64,000 nucleotides of DNA from Vulcanimicrobiota bacterium (GTDB lineage: Bacteria; Vulcanimicrobiota; Vulcanimicrobiia; Vulcanimicrobiales; Vulcanimicrobiaceae): NCBI GenBank assembly GCA_963795855.1, contig CAWCIZ010000005.1:29434-93433 (forward strand). Reading direction: 5' to 3'. Positions within the stretch are counted from its first letter, which is position 1. Each line of letters begins with the position of its first letter. The notes below the pieces were generated by a model. The model saw only the letters and a list, made by a program, of their open reading frames with translations, had not been told where the DNA came from and made no database searches. The translations under genes and the position numbers were made by a program. Shown here piece by piece: positions 41,519 through 53,408 of this stretch.

Positions 41519-42109
41519 GTGGCGCAGCAAATTGGGCTTTTCGGCGCGATCCCGCAGATCTTCGTCGAGGACGCCAGCAGCATCGTATACTATCCCGCGC
41601 TCTTGAACGCGACTGAAAGCGCGGGGCTCTTCGAACGTCTGCAAAGCAGTCTCGAGTGGTCGCAGGAAACGATGTGGATGTACGACCACACCGTTCCCGT
41701 TCCGCGCCTCATTGCGCGTTTCGCACCGGATGAGCCGCTCCCCGACGAGTTAGCGGGACTCAAGGCTCGAACGGAAGATCTGCTGCAGACGCGTTTCAAC
41801 GCGGTTTCGGTGCAATACTATCGCGACGGCAGCGATAGCGTCGCATGGCATAGCGACCACACCGAGGATCTGATCGAGCGTCCATACGTGGCGCTGGTGA
41901 GTTTGGGCGCGGTACGCGAAATGCGCATCCGCGAAAGGCAGCTCTCGAAGGACCTGCGCCGCCGAACGTTTTCCGTCGATTTGGAACCGGGAAGTTTGCT
42001 CGTCATGGGCGGACTCGCGCAGGAGCAGTGGGAGCATCACATCCCCAAAGTGTCGCGCGCCGTCGCGCCGCGCATCAGCATCGCGCTCCGTCAGCGCCGT
42101 TTGCAGTAA
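41519..42109 (+). CDS. AlkB-family 2OG-Fe(II) dioxygenase
   Basis: VPRL, YYRDGSDSVAWHSD, H.IPK, RISIALR. Confidence 0.88.
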   Translation: MAQQIGLFGAIPQIFVEDASSIVYYPALLNATESAGLFERLQSSLEWSQETMWMYDHTVPVPRLIARFAPDEPLPDELAGLKARTEDLLQTRFNAVSVQYYRDGSDSVAWHSDHTEDLIERPYVALVSLGAVREMRIRERQLSKDLRRRTFSVDLEPGSLLVMGGLAQEQWEHHIPKVSRAVAPRISIALRQRRLQ

Positions 42110-42960
42110 CGCTGTCCCGGCTGCACCTCGATGGCACCGTTCAGTTCGAGCAGTGCGAGCGCGGCGAGCACGTGTGCGGGTGCTTCACCTGTTTCGCGCA
42201 GCAACTCCTCGAGCGAACGTTCACCCTCGGCGAGCAGGTTCGCGATCCGGCGCTGTAACGGGTCGCGTTCGCGCGATGCGGCGCGAGAGGCGCGCGCCGG
42301 CGCCGGCGCCGCAATGCCGAGATCGTCGGCCACGTCCTGCGCGCTGCGCGCGAGGATCGCTCCGTCGCGGATCAGCGCATGGCACCCGGCGACATGCGCG
42401 CGATCCACGTCACCGGGTACGGCAAAAACCGAAATGCGTCCCGCGGCCCAGCTCGCGGTGTTTAGCGCGCCGCTGCGCGCGGGCGCTTCCACGACCACGA
42501 CCGCGTCGGCGAGCGCTGCCACGACGCCGTTTCGCTGCAAGAACTGCGGCGGATAAGCGGGGTGATCCGGCGGAAATGGCGAGATGACCGCTCCCCCACC
42601 CGCCAGCATCCGCGTTGCCAGCGTGCGATTGCGTCGCGGAAAGAAGCACCGGTGACCGCCGCCGAGCACGCCAATCGTCGGTGCTCCCGCGGCCAGCGCG
42701 CCCTCGTGCGCTGCGGCGTCGATTCCCAAAGCCAAACCCGAAACGATGCAGCACCCGAGCGCGCCGAGCTCCTCGGCGAAACGCCGCGCGAGCGCTCTGC
42801 CGTACGCGGTGGCGGCGCGTGTTCCCACAATCGCGACGGTCGGCCGCCGCAAACCCTCGAGGCTGCCGGAGCACCACAGTTCCTCGACGACGCGAGGAAC
42901 CTCGCGACCCTCCCGAAACGCGGCCAGTTCGTCGAAGGACTTCCGTGCGGGCGTCTCCAT
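42091..42960 (-). CDS. dprA: DNA-processing protein DprA
   Basis: VAIVGTR, VSGLALGIDAAAH, F.QRN, VEA..RSGAL.T, C-terminal winged helix. Confidence 0.92.
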   Translation of the reverse strand: METPARKSFDELAAFREGREVPRVVEELWCSGSLEGLRRPTVAIVGTRAATAYGRALARRFAEELGALGCCIVSGLALGIDAAAHEGALAAGAPTIGVLGGGHRCFFPRRNRTLATRMLAGGGAVISPFPPDHPAYPPQFLQRNGVVAALADAVVVVEAPARSGALNTASWAAGRISVFAVPGDVDRAHVAGCHALIRDGAILARSAQDVADDLGIAAPAPARASRAASRERDPLQRRIANLLAEGERSLEELLRETGEAPAHVLAALALLELNGAIEVQPGQRYCKRR

Positions 42961-43126
42961 CGCGCATGCGTTCACGTCCTGGCGCTTGGCAGCAAGGGGC
43001 GGCCTAGCGGCGTAAGGGAGTTCTCGAGGGCCGCGAGCACGAGGAAACCGTCGGGCGCCTCGGAATAAGCGGGCCAAACCGCCCCGCCCGTGTGGGAACC
43101 CGCGCCGGCATTTGGAGGAGTCAATC

Positions 43127-43276
43127 GTGGCAGCAGAAGCCTACTGTGTGAAGTGCAAGACCAAGCGTCAAATCAAAGACGCGGTGCAAATCACGATGAA
43201 GAACGGTCGCCCGGCAACCGAGGGGAAATGCCCCGAATGCGGGACCAAGATGTTCAAAATCGGAGCGGCGACCTAG
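43127..43276 (+). CDS. 49-aa zinc-ribbon protein (DUF5679-like; not in ORF track)
   Basis: SD GGAGG, GTG start; AYCVKCK...MKNGRPA..GKCPECGTKMFKI. Confidence 0.85.
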   Translation: MAAEAYCVKCKTKRQIKDAVQITMKNGRPATEGKCPECGTKMFKIGAAT

Positions 43277-43297
43277 CGGTCGCCGCCGCCATTTTTT
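43265..43297 (+). terminator. Probable intrinsic terminator
   Basis: GCGGCGACC-TAGC-GGTCGCCGC followed shortly by T6. Confidence 0.55.
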
Positions 43298-43332
43298 GCA
43301 CCCGTACGCATAGTGGCTTATAATAGTCTGAC

Positions 43333-43348
43333 CCACAATATGTGGGCC
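43333..43348. promoter_or_regulatory. NrdR box upstream of nrdR
   Basis: CCACAATATGTGG resembles consensus acaCwAtATaTwGtg; TATAAT -10 element just upstream. Confidence 0.65.
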
Positions 43349-43395
43349 ACCCAGGCTCGCCGCCATGGCTGCTGCCGTTACAAGGGGTCAAAAAG

Positions 43396-43881
43396 CTGCT
43401 CTGTCCTACCTGCCGTAAGAGCGAGACGCGCGTGGTCGATTCGCGCGATGACGAGAATGTCGTCCGCCGCCGGCGTGAGTGCCTCGATCTCCGCTGCAAG
43501 CACCGCTTCACCACGTACGAACGCATGGAAGCGCCGCGTCTGTTCGTTGTGAAAAAAGACGGGCGCCGCGAACAGTTCAGCCGTGAAAAGATTCTTGCCG
43601 GGCTGCGCCGCGCGTGCGAGAAGCGCCCGGTTTCGGAAAGCCAGATGGAGTCCGTCGCGGCGGATCTCGAACGCGACCTGTTCGCGCGCGGCGAGAGCGA
43701 AGTGCCCTCGACGACGATCGGCGAGAAGTTGATGGAAGCGCTTCGGGGTCTGGACAAGGTCGCGTACATCCGGTTTGCGAGCGTGTACCGTCAATTTCGC
43801 GACGTCGAAAGCTTTCAGGCCGAATTGGCGACGCTGCTCAACCCGAAGGGCGCGAGCGCGCTCGGCTCGCAAAACATTTAG
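43396..43881 (+). CDS. nrdR: Transcriptional repressor NrdR
   Basis: CPTC, VVDSR, RRRREC..C..RFTTYE, ATP-cone, [10 protein letters not shown]. Confidence 0.95.
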   Translation: MLCPTCRKSETRVVDSRDDENVVRRRRECLDLRCKHRFTTYERMEAPRLFVVKKDGRREQFSREKILAGLRRACEKRPVSESQMESVAADLERDLFARGESEVPSTTIGEKLMEALRGLDKVAYIRFASVYRQFRDVESFQAELATLLNPKGASALGSQNI

Positions 43882-43892
43882 CGCGAGGCCTC

Positions 43893-44351
43893 ATGACATC
43901 TACGTTCGTTTCCGTACGAATCCAGCGTCTGCCCGAGGGTGAGGGTCTGCCCCTTCCTTCGTACATGAGCGCGCACGCCGCCGGCGCCGATCTCTGTGCG
44001 GCGGTGAAAAGCGACACGGTGATCGAACCTGGAGCGCGCGCGTTGATTCCCACCGGCTTTGCGATCGCATTGCCCGACGGCTACGAGGCCCAGGTGCGGC
44101 CGCGCAGCGGCCTTGCGCTCAAGCACGGCGTCACCTGTCTGAACGCTCCAGGCACGATCGACGCCGATTATCGCGGCGCGGTCAACGTCATTCTGGCGAA
44201 CCACGGAGACGAGCCGTTTACGGTGCGCCGCGGCGACCGCATCGCGCAAATCATCGTTGCCCCCGTGTCGCGCGCCACGTTTGCGCAGGTCGAGGAATTA
44301 CCCGGCACGGTGCGCGCGGGCAACGGCTTCGGAAGTACGGGTCTTGCGTGA
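43893..44351 (+). CDS. dut: dUTP diphosphatase
   Basis: [32 protein letters not shown]. Confidence 0.95.
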   Translation: MTSTFVSVRIQRLPEGEGLPLPSYMSAHAAGADLCAAVKSDTVIEPGARALIPTGFAIALPDGYEAQVRPRSGLALKHGVTCLNAPGTIDADYRGAVNVILANHGDEPFTVRRGDRIAQIIVAPVSRATFAQVEELPGTVRAGNGFGSTGLA

Positions 44352-45325
44352 AAGTCTACATCGTCGGCGCCGGCGCGGTGGGTACGTACCTCGGCGATTT
44401 ACTGCAAACGATAAACGTCGAGGTCGTTTACGCGCCGCGCGACATCGAGCAAGTGACGCAGGCGGACGCCGACGTCGCAATCGTCGCAGTCAAAGCGTAC
44501 GACACCGACAGCGCGATCGTTACGCTGCGAAAAGCGATACCATATCCGGAGAAGTGCGTCTTCGTCAGCCCGCAGAACGGCGTCGGCAACGAAGAGAAGC
44601 TCGCGGCAGCGTTCGGGAAAGAAAACGTCGTCGCCGCGGCTTTGACCACACCGATCGACCGGGCGCGCGAGAACGGTCACGGCAAAGCGACCAAGGACGG
44701 CGGCCTAGCGCTCTCGCCGATGGGAGCGAATGCTTATAATTGGCTCGTTGCCACGTTCGGCAGCACCGGCACGAAGGTGCAAGTGGTCGACGATTGGCGT
44801 GCGCTGAAATGGTCGAAACTGGTGCTGAACATCGTTGCAAACGCGAGCTGCGCGATTTTGAACGTGCTGCCCAACCGCCTGGTGCATTTCGAAGAGATCT
44901 TCACGCTGGAGATTCGGGCGATCCGCGAAGTGCGTGCCGTCATGCAAGCCATGGACGTCACGCCGATCGATCTGCCTCGATACCCGGTTCGCGCGCTGCA
45001 AGGCATTGCGACGCTGCCCAGCCCAATTGCAAAGCGGCTGCTCGCGGGGCGCGTCGCCGGCGCGCGCGGCACCAAGCCGCCGTCGCTGCTGCTCGACTTG
45101 CGCGCCGGGAAAGCGCAAACGGAAGTCGATTTCCTGAACGGAGCCGTCGCGTGCGCAGGCCGCGAACATGGCGTGGTGACGCCCGTGAACGCGGTGTACT
45201 CGCGCGTGCTCGAGGACATCGCGCACATGCCGCAATTGTGGGCGAAATACCGCGAGCGTCCTGATACGCTGGCGTCGGAAGTGGAAGCGGAAGTCAAGCG
45301 CGTAAAAGCGCTGGCCAAGAGTTAG
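44348..45325 (+). CDS. panE: 2-dehydropantoate 2-reductase
   Basis: [38 protein letters not shown]. Confidence 0.85.
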   Translation: MKVYIVGAGAVGTYLGDLLQTINVEVVYAPRDIEQVTQADADVAIVAVKAYDTDSAIVTLRKAIPYPEKCVFVSPQNGVGNEEKLAAAFGKENVVAAALTTPIDRARENGHGKATKDGGLALSPMGANAYNWLVATFGSTGTKVQVVDDWRALKWSKLVLNIVANASCAILNVLPNRLVHFEEIFTLEIRAIREVRAVMQAMDVTPIDLPRYPVRALQGIATLPSPIAKRLLAGRVAGARGTKPPSLLLDLRAGKAQTEVDFLNGAVACAGREHGVVTPVNAVYSRVLEDIAHMPQLWAKYRERPDTLASEVEAEVKRVKALAKS

Positions 45326-45332
45326 GAGCGCC

Positions 45333-46194
45333 GTGCGTCATCCCGACGTCAACGAAACCATTGAGGGCTGGTGGATTCTCCACCGCATGTTCGCGTTCGA
45401 TCGCCGCCGCTGGGACGCCGTGCCTCAGGAACGCCGGCAGCGCATCGCGCAGGAAGCGGTCGAGGCGCTGACACCGCTCGGCAACGGCGATGAGAGCGAC
45501 GTCGGTGTCGCGCGCCTGCTCGGTCATAAGGCCGACGTGATGCTCACGCATTACGCGCGCGCCTTCGACGGACTCTCGCACGCGCAAAGCGTGCTCGATC
45601 GCTGCGAACTCGCCGACTATCTCGAACCGCGGGACTCGTACGTCTCGGTGCTCGAACTGGGCCTGTACGATGCAACCGCGAAGATTCACGCGGCGTTGAA
45701 CGAGCGCGCACTCAAGCCGTTTTCGCCGGAGTGGAACGCCGCGTTCGACGACTTGCTGCACGAACAAGCTGCGCAGCCGCGCAACGCCGGCCGCCTGTGG
45801 GCGCGCATTCCGCAACGCCGATACGTATGCTTCTATCCGATGGACAAGAAGCGCGAGGGTTCGGACAATTGGTACACTCTGCCGTTCGAGCAACGCGCGA
45901 AGCCTGATGCTCGATCACGGAAAGATCGGGCGGTCTTTTCACGGCCTGGTCACGCAAGTGATTTCCGGTTCCGTTGGCTACGACGATTACGAGTGGGGCG
46001 TCGATCTGTATGCCGACGATCCGCTCGTTTTCAAGAAACTCATTTACGAGATGCGTTTCGACGAAGCCAGCGCGCGATATGCGGCTTTCGGGCCGTTTTT
46101 TACCGGCATGCAATTCTCGGTGGAAGATCTCGATGCGTTTCTGGACGGGAAGGCAGCGCCCGCGCTGCGAGCGCGTGAAACGGTGAACGCCTGA
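45333..46194 (+). CDS. hemQ: Coproheme decarboxylase / chlorite dismutase family (frameshift ~45903)
   Basis: [51 protein letters not shown]. Confidence 0.85.
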
Positions 46195-46833
46195 TGGCTC
46201 ACGTCGACTTGATTTACTATCTCGACGTGCTCTCGTCGTGGTGTTCCATCGCCGATCGCGCCGTCGAGGAGGTCGAGGCAAAATATGGAGAGCGCGTTCG
46301 AATAGATTGGCGAATTGCGCAGCTCTTCGACTATGGACCGCTCCCGTACACGCGTTCGGATCTCTCGTGGTACTACGCCCGTACGGAAAAGATTACGGGC
46401 GTGCGATTGAACGAGGCGTGGCACGACTCGCCCGAAACGACCACCAAGTACGCGAACCAAGCGATTGAAGCGGCGCGCGCGCTCGGCGCCGGGGATTCCC
46501 GCGTTCGTCGCGCTTTGTCCCGTACGGCGCTGGTCGACGGCAAACCGCTCGGGCGGCGCGATGCAGCGCTCGCCGAAGCGGCCCGCGTGAGCGGCTTTTC
46601 AGCCGAGCGTATCGACGCGCTGATGGACTCACCGCAAGTAACGCAGCGCATCGCACGCACGACGCAAGAGTTCAAAGACCTCGCGCTGCCGCAGCTCGCC
46701 GTCGTTCGTGATGCGCAACACCAGCGGCGATCTCGCCGTCTTTTCCGGGCTTTATACCTTCGAGTCGCTCGACGGAGCGATCTCCGAGATGCTGCACGCA
46801 TCGGCCGTTACCGAAGAATTCGGCACACTCTAA
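46194..46833 (+). CDS. DsbA/FrnE-like thioredoxin-fold protein (frameshift ~46698)
   Basis: YYLDVLSSWC motif; C-terminus continues PSFVMRN...EFGTL to TAA 46833. Confidence 0.7.
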
Positions 46834-46841
46834 AGCGATCG

Positions 46842-48786
46842 TCAGTAGTTCGTTGCGAAGCTCGCCAACCCGAACGCCCAGAAGAACCAGATACCGTACA
46901 GCGCCGCAAGCGCGACGATGACCTCGCCCGTTCGGACGAACCACCCGCCCGGCCCGTGCGCCAGGCGCAGAATCGTTTCCGCAATCATCGCGACGCCGCC
47001 GAGAATCGCGATCAGCCCGATTGCGTAGAGCACGATCATCACGGTGATGAACGAAGAGGCAAGCAGCGCGTTAGCGCTCGAAAGCGCCGTCGTCCACCCG
47101 GCTAACGCAACCAGAAACGCTATCGCTCCGATGCGCGCCGCCAAGTGGACCCATTTATCGGACGGGCTGAGTTCCAGACTCAAGCCGAGGCGGCGCCGTG
47201 CGATCCAGCCGCCGAGGCGAATCAGCAGCGAGACGCACAGGATTAGGATGAAAATCAAAAGCATCGGCTTGATCGCGCCCAGCGCCCGCAGCCCGTTCAC
47301 GCGTTGGTAGATGAAGACGGGAATGAAATCGTCGCTCGTCCACGAGACGACGTTTCCGTTCGCATCGGTCGTAAACTTCAGATGCGCCTGTCCGTTGATT
47401 TGCCGGTAATAGAGCGGCCCCACTTCCCGCCAGCGCACCGGATTATCGGCGGGGCCGGTGAGCGCGCTGACTTCGAGAGTTCCGTCGGGCCGAGCCGCGA
47501 CACTCGTCTGCGCCAGGGCATAGATGAATCGCAGGGCGCGTTCTTCTCTTCGGCTGGATTGATACCAACCTGCCGCGCGCGAGGCGTCACGCTTCGGATT
47601 CGCGACCGTTTTTTCGGCAGGCGGCGTGTACGGGAAATACCGGTCCAGAAACGCGCGAAAGATCTCGGTGCGCACCTTTTCGACCGCACCCGCTTTCCCC
47701 GCGGCGTTGAACGACATGAAGATGCCCAAACGCGCCTTCGGCATCAAGTGGAGATCGCTGTGAAACACGTTCGTGTCGCCGCCGTGGCCGACGATTTCCT
47801 GTCCGTTGCGGTTCTCTTGGTAAAAACCCAAGTCGAAGCCGTTCATGCCGGGCGCGGGCGCGAGTTGAAGCGTGAACATCCGGCGGATCGTCGCGGGGCT
47901 CAGAATCGTGCCGCCGTCGTACCGCCCTCCGTCCAGATACGCCAGCATGAAATGCGCCATGTCCGCTACCGTCGCCGAGGCGGCGCCGGCCGGTGCGGCC
48001 TCGATGAATTCGAATGGTGTAGGCTTATCGCTCGAAGCGGTTTGGTATCCTTTCGCCATGTGATTGGCGAGATTCGGCGGCAGCGGCTGCAAGAACGAGG
48101 AATGGTTCATACGCAGCGGCTTGAGGATGTGATTGGCGATGTACTGCGCAAACGGTTCGCCCGATCTGCGTTGAACGATGTAGCCCGCGAGCGCGGCTCC
48201 ATAGTTGGAGTAGGCAATCACTTTTCCGGGCGGAAAGATTTCACCCGGCATGCGCGCGACGAGATAGGCGCGCAGCGGATAAAGCTGGCTTTTCTTGTCG
48301 ACCAGCAAGTCGCGCGCCGTCTCCTCGAAACCGCCGCTGTGCGTCATGAGATTCCGCAGCGTGATCGGTTTTCCGAACTTCTCCGGAATCTTGAAATCGA
48401 GATACGCGTTGATGTCCGTATCGAGGTTCAGACTTCCCTTGCTGCACCAACTGCATGACTGCGGTCCAGGTGAAGAGTTTGGATACGGAACCGGGGCGGA
48501 AGAGCGTCTGGTCGGGAATGACGGGCGAATGTTTCGCAAGGTCGGCATACCCGTACCCTTTCGTCAGCAGGACGCGTCCGTCACGAACGACGACGATGCC
48601 GGCGCCCGGAATGTCGGCGCGCCGGATGGCATACGGAATGAGGCCGTCAAAGAATGCCTGCAAATCGGCCGCCGACAATGCCGGCTGTGTTGCCGGCGGC
48701 GCGGCTTGCGCTGTGGCTGCCGCAGTCTGGAAAGGCGAACCCGACAGACTCAGGGCGATCGAAATCGCCAATACGAAGCGAATCAT
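46842..48786 (-). CDS. Membrane-anchored serine hydrolase (beta-lactamase/PBP family; frameshift ~48435)
   Basis: Signal peptide, SVSK, YSN, HGG, C-terminal TM helices. Confidence 0.85.
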
Positions 48787-48953
48787 TGTGAGACGCACGT
48801 CCCCTTTGACGAAGGTTTTTTGCATCCGTTAGCGCCTATGGCGGGCGATCCTTTCAAAAAATCGTCTTCTCCGGCAAAATTTCGCTGCGGCCGAAAACGC
48901 AGGCATCGTAATGAAGGGCGATAAAATTCAGGCGTTGAAAGCGAAATATCGTT

Positions 48954-49962
48954 ATGAACCCTACTTCCGCGTCGACGACCGTACGAACCCGTTTGGAGCG
49001 CTGGCCCTACAAGTATCCGTTCCGCATCACCGGCTATGACTGGACCGAGGCGGAGGTCGTTACGGTCGAAATCGAACGCGGCGGCGTCGTGGGGCGCGGT
49101 GAATGCGCGGGCGTGTATTACAAGGACGATCCGCCGGCGCACTGCCTCTCGGAGATCGAGCGGGTCGCGGATGCGGTGGCTCGCGGTGCCGGCCGCGCCG
49201 ACTTGCTCGAACTTCTCCCGGCGGGCGGCGCGCGTAACGCGCTCGACTGCGCTCTGTGGGAGCTGGAGGCAAAAATCGAACGCCGCCCCGTTTGGGACTT
49301 GGCCGGATTGGCGCAGCCGCATGCCGTTCTAACGACATACACGATCGGCTCCGACGCTGCCGACGTCATGGCGCGCAGGGCGCGCGAGTTTTCCGATGCG
49401 CGCGCGCTCAAGTTGAAGTTGACCGGCACGCCGGCGGATTCCGACTGCGTGAACGCCGTGCGCGAAGCGCGTCCCGACGTCTGGCTGGCGGTCGACGCGA
49501 ATCAAGGTTTTACGCGAGCGTCCCTCGAGGATCTCTTGCCGGTGCTGCAGCAGGCACGCGTCGAACTCGTCGAGCAGCCGTTCCCGAATTGGACGGGAGG
49601 CCGACATGGACGGCTTGGAATCGCCGATCCCCGTTGCAGCCGATGAAAGCGCGCAAACCGCGGACGATTTGCCGAATATCGTGAACCGGGCAAATATCGT
49701 GAACATCAAACTCGATAAATGCGGCGGGCTTACCGCGGCGTTCGCGATGGCCTCGCGAGCCCGCGAGTTGGGCCTCGGCGTAATGGTCGGAAACATGGGC
49801 GGAACGTCGCTCGCCATGGCGCCGGCATTCCTTTTAGGACAGATCTGCGACGTGACGGATCTCGACGGTCCGCTGCTTCTGCGCGACGATCGCCGGCCGG
49901 CCGTGCAGTATTCCGACGGCCGCATCTGGTGCGGACCGGAGGTTTGGGGTTATGGAGGCTAA
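48954..49962 (+). CDS. Dipeptide epimerase / N-acyl-D-amino-acid racemase (enolase superfamily; frameshift ~49588)
   Basis: GARNALDCALW, KLKL, DANQG, EQP, ADES, NIKLDKCGG, DLDGP. Confidence 0.88.
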
Positions 49963-51092
49963 CGGTTTGCGATCGCTTCTACTTACGGCAACGTTCTTTT
50001 TCGCGGCTTGCATCGCTGCGGCCGCGGCTCCGCTCAGTCCCGCGCAAGTTCGGCAGATCGACGCAATCGCAACGAAAGCGCTTGCCGCGCAGCACCTTTC
50101 CGGCATCGAAGTCGGCGTGGGGCGCAACGGCACCGTCCTCTACGCTCGCGGATACGGGCTGCGCGATCGCGCGCGTTCGCTGCCCGTCACCGCGCAAACG
50201 GTTTTTCCGGTCGGGTCGATAACCAAGCAGTTCACCGCAACCGCAGTCATGCTGCTCGTTCAGCGCGGAAAGATCGATCTCGACTCCCATGTTTCGCGGT
50301 ATCTTCCAAAGGCGCCTCACGGCGGCGGATATTACGGTTCGCGAACTGCTCGATCAGACGAGCGGATTGCCCGACTATCTCGAAAACAAGCCGCTGCTTG
50401 CCGCCATCATGTCCGGAACGGACGGTCCGCACGGCGTCCAAAGTTTGGTGGCGCTGGTGAACGGCAAACCGCTGCATTTCAAACCCGGCACGAAGTACGA
50501 GTACAGCAACACCAACTACGCACTCGCGGGTTTGCTCGTCGCGCGTGCGAGCGGTGTGCCGTATCCAACGTTTCTCCAGCGCGAGATCTTCAGGCCTCAA
50601 GGTTTGAATTCGACGTACTACCTCTCGATGTCCGTGCCGCCGGGCCCGAATGCCGCGCGCGGATACAACTACGCAAAAGGCCGCTTCACGGTGATTCCGC
50701 GCTTCTCGATGGATTGGGGAAACGCGGCCGGCGCCATTGCGTCCGACGCGCACGATTTGATCCGTTGGGATCGGGCGTATTTCAGCGGCGCGATCATTCC
50801 ACTCGCAGCCGTGCGCATCGCGACCACGCCGCCGGCTCACGTCACGATGCTCAAGTCGAAGGATCGAATGAACGATCTGGGCATCGGCTACGCATTCGGC
50901 TGGGTGCAAGCGCGAGCCGAAGGCCGGCAACTGATCTGGCATAACGGCGGATTGCCCGGCGCGCGAGCGATGAATGCGGTATTCCCGGCCGACGGCCTTG
51001 AAGTGATCGTTCTTACCAACGCGACCGACGCCGCCCCCGAGGAAACGGCCCTCAAAATTGCGCGCGTGATTTACGACGGCTCGACGCGTTGA
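49952..51092 (+). CDS. Secreted serine hydrolase (beta-lactamase family; frameshift ~50328)
   Basis: Signal peptide, SITK, YSN, HNG. Confidence 0.85.
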
Positions 51093-51099
51093 TCGTGCG

Positions 51100-52575
51100 G
51101 TGAGGATATTCACTGCCGCCATAGTCACCGAAACCAACACGTTTTCGCCGATACCGACCGGGCTGCAAGCCTTCGAGCTGGGCGGCATCCAGCACGGAAG
51201 CCTGGCGCCCATCGAAAGCACGAATGAGTCGGCAACGACGGTGCGGTGGCGGCAACTCGGCGAGAACGACGGCCACTCGGTCGTCGAAAGCGTTGCTGCC
51301 GTCGCGGAGCCCGGAGGCGTGACCGTGCGCGCGGTTTACGAGGCGCTTCGCGACGAACTCGTACGCGATTTGCGCAGCGCGCTTCCGGTCGACATCGTCC
51401 TGCTCTACCTCCACGGCGCGATGGTCGCGCAGGGGTATGACGATTGCGAGGGCGACATTCTCTCGCGCGTGCGTGAAGCCGCCGGCCCCGCCGCCGTCAT
51501 CGGCGCGGAGCTGGATCTGCATTCGCACCTCACGCCGGCGATGCTCCAAAACGCGACGCTGATCGTAGCCTACGACGAGTATCCGCACACGGATATCGTC
51601 GCGCGTGGCGAAGATTTGTACCGCCTCTGCGCCGCCTCCGCTAGAAAAGAAATCCGGCCGGTGATGAGCGCCTACGATTGCCGCATGACGGGACTGTTTC
51701 CGACGACCGAGCAGCCGATGCGCGGATTCGTCGACCGCCTCAAGGCTGAGCGCAAAGGGCGCGTCGTCTCGACGAGTTTGATTCATGGTTTTCCTTGGGG
51801 CGACGTCGAGGACGGCGGCGCAAAATCTTTGGCGATTACGGATGGCGACGAAGCTCTTGCAAATGAAACGGCAGCGGCGCTCGGGTCGGCGTTTTGGTCG
51901 TTACGGGAAGACGTGCAGATTCGCGCCGTCGATATCGACGAGGCGATCGACGCGATTCTCGACTGCCCGAAAACGCCGATCGTGCTGGCCGACGTCGCGG
52001 ACAATGCCGGTGGAGGCGCTCCCGGCGATAGCACGTTCATCCTGCGGCAATTACTCGAGCGGAACGTGGCCGACGTCGTGAGCGGCGTCTATTACGATCC
52101 CGTCGCGGTACAGTTGTGCTTTGAAGCGGGAGAGGGCGCGACGCTCGATCTGCGTTGCGGCGGAAAACTCGGCCCCGCTTCGGGGCCGCCGTTGGACTTG
52201 CGCGTCCGGGTTCGCAAATTGCGCGAAGAGCACTGGCAAGACTCGATGGACGACTCGGCTCCGGTAGCGTTGGGCCGCGCCGCATGGGTGGATGCGGGCA
52301 ACGTGCACTTGGTCTTGGCTTCGATTCGAAGTCAGGTCTTCGCGCCGAACGCCTTTACCGGTCTGGGCATCCCTCTGGAACGAGCGCGCGCCGTCGTCGT
52401 GAAGTCGTCGCATCATTTCTGGGCGAAGTTCGCCCCCATTGCCGGTTCCGTGCTGCACGTCGATTCACCGGGCGCGCTGCAACTGGACTTTGCGAACCTC
52501 CGCTATACGAAACGTAATCCCAACTACTGGCCGCGTGTTGCGAACCCGTTTGCAGCGACGGCCGCCGTTCGTTGA
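51100..52575 (+). CDS. M81 metallopeptidase (MlrC family)
   Basis: ETNTFSP, LHGAM, DLH, YPHTD, DNAGGG, VVKSS.HF. Confidence 0.9.
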   Translation: MRIFTAAIVTETNTFSPIPTGLQAFELGGIQHGSLAPIESTNESATTVRWRQLGENDGHSVVESVAAVAEPGGVTVRAVYEALRDELVRDLRSALPVDIVLLYLHGAMVAQGYDDCEGDILSRVREAAGPAAVIGAELDLHSHLTPAMLQNATLIVAYDEYPHTDIVARGEDLYRLCAASARKEIRPVMSAYDCRMTGLFPTTEQPMRGFVDRLKAERKGRVVSTSLIHGFPWGDVEDGGAKSLAITDGDEALANETAAALGSAFWSLREDVQIRAVDIDEAIDAILDCPKTPIVLADVADNAGGGAPGDSTFILRQLLERNVADVVSGVYYDPVAVQLCFEAGEGATLDLRCGGKLGPASGPPLDLRVRVRKLREEHWQDSMDDSAPVALGRAAWVDAGNVHLVLASIRSQVFAPNAFTGLGIPLERARAVVVKSSHHFWAKFAPIAGSVLHVDSPGALQLDFANLRYTKRNPNYWPRVANPFAATAAVR

Positions 52576-52580
52576 CGCCG

Positions 52581-53408
52581 ATGGCCGCGCACGTCGTGAT
52601 GGCATCTCCGGAATTCTATGAGGTGCGTGACGTAAAAAACGAATTCATGCGCGAGAGCGTCGGAACGGTAGATCGCGCCCTCGCATTCGAGCAGTGGGAA
52701 GCGCTGCGGCGTACGTTTGAACGTTGCGGCGTACGCACGCAGATCATGGCTGCGTTGCCTCCGTGCGAAGACATGGTGTTTACGGCGAACGCAAACTTTA
52801 ACGGACGCCGGAAGAGCGGCGAGCGCGTTTGCGTCCCGGGCCGCATGGCCTTTGCTTCTCGCCGGCCCGAAGCCGCCGCGCATCGTGCGTGGTTTGCCGC
52901 ACACGGTTATACGATCGTCGAACTGCCCGGCGAGGTCGAGCGGTTCGAAGGCGGCGGCGACGCGGTCTGGCATCCCGGGCGCGCTGCGATTTGGGCGGGC
53001 GCGGGGCAGCGCACCGACATGCGCGCACATCGAGCGCTCGAGAGCATCTTCGAGGTTCCCGTGATGACGCTGGAACTCTCAGACCCGCGCTTCTACCACT
53101 TGGACACCTGCTTTTGCGCGCTCAGCGAGCGTGCCGTACTCGTTTATCGGAATGCGTTCAGCGCCGACGGCTTCGCGCTGATTCTTCGAGAGTTCGCGGA
53201 CGTCATCGAAGTCGAGGAGCGTGAGGCGACGCAGTATTTTGCGTGCAATGCGGCGGCGTTTCACCAGAACACCGTGGTGATTCAGGCGGGCGCGGATCGA
53301 ACGATCCAGCAGCTGCAACGGCGCGGCTTCACTGTTCATGAGGTCGAAACGGGCGAATTCTTGAAGTCGGGCGGAAGCGTGTTCTGCATGAAGGCCGAGC
53401 TGTATTGA
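52581..53408 (+). CDS. Amidinotransferase / DDAH family protein
   Basis: DMVFTAN, FEGGGD, FYHLDTC, KSGGSVFC. Confidence 0.88.
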   Translation: MAAHVVMASPEFYEVRDVKNEFMRESVGTVDRALAFEQWEALRRTFERCGVRTQIMAALPPCEDMVFTANANFNGRRKSGERVCVPGRMAFASRRPEAAAHRAWFAAHGYTIVELPGEVERFEGGGDAVWHPGRAAIWAGAGQRTDMRAHRALESIFEVPVMTLELSDPRFYHLDTCFCALSERAVLVYRNAFSADGFALILREFADVIEVEEREATQYFACNAAAFHQNTVVIQAGADRTIQQLQRRGFTVHEVETGEFLKSGGSVFCMKAELY

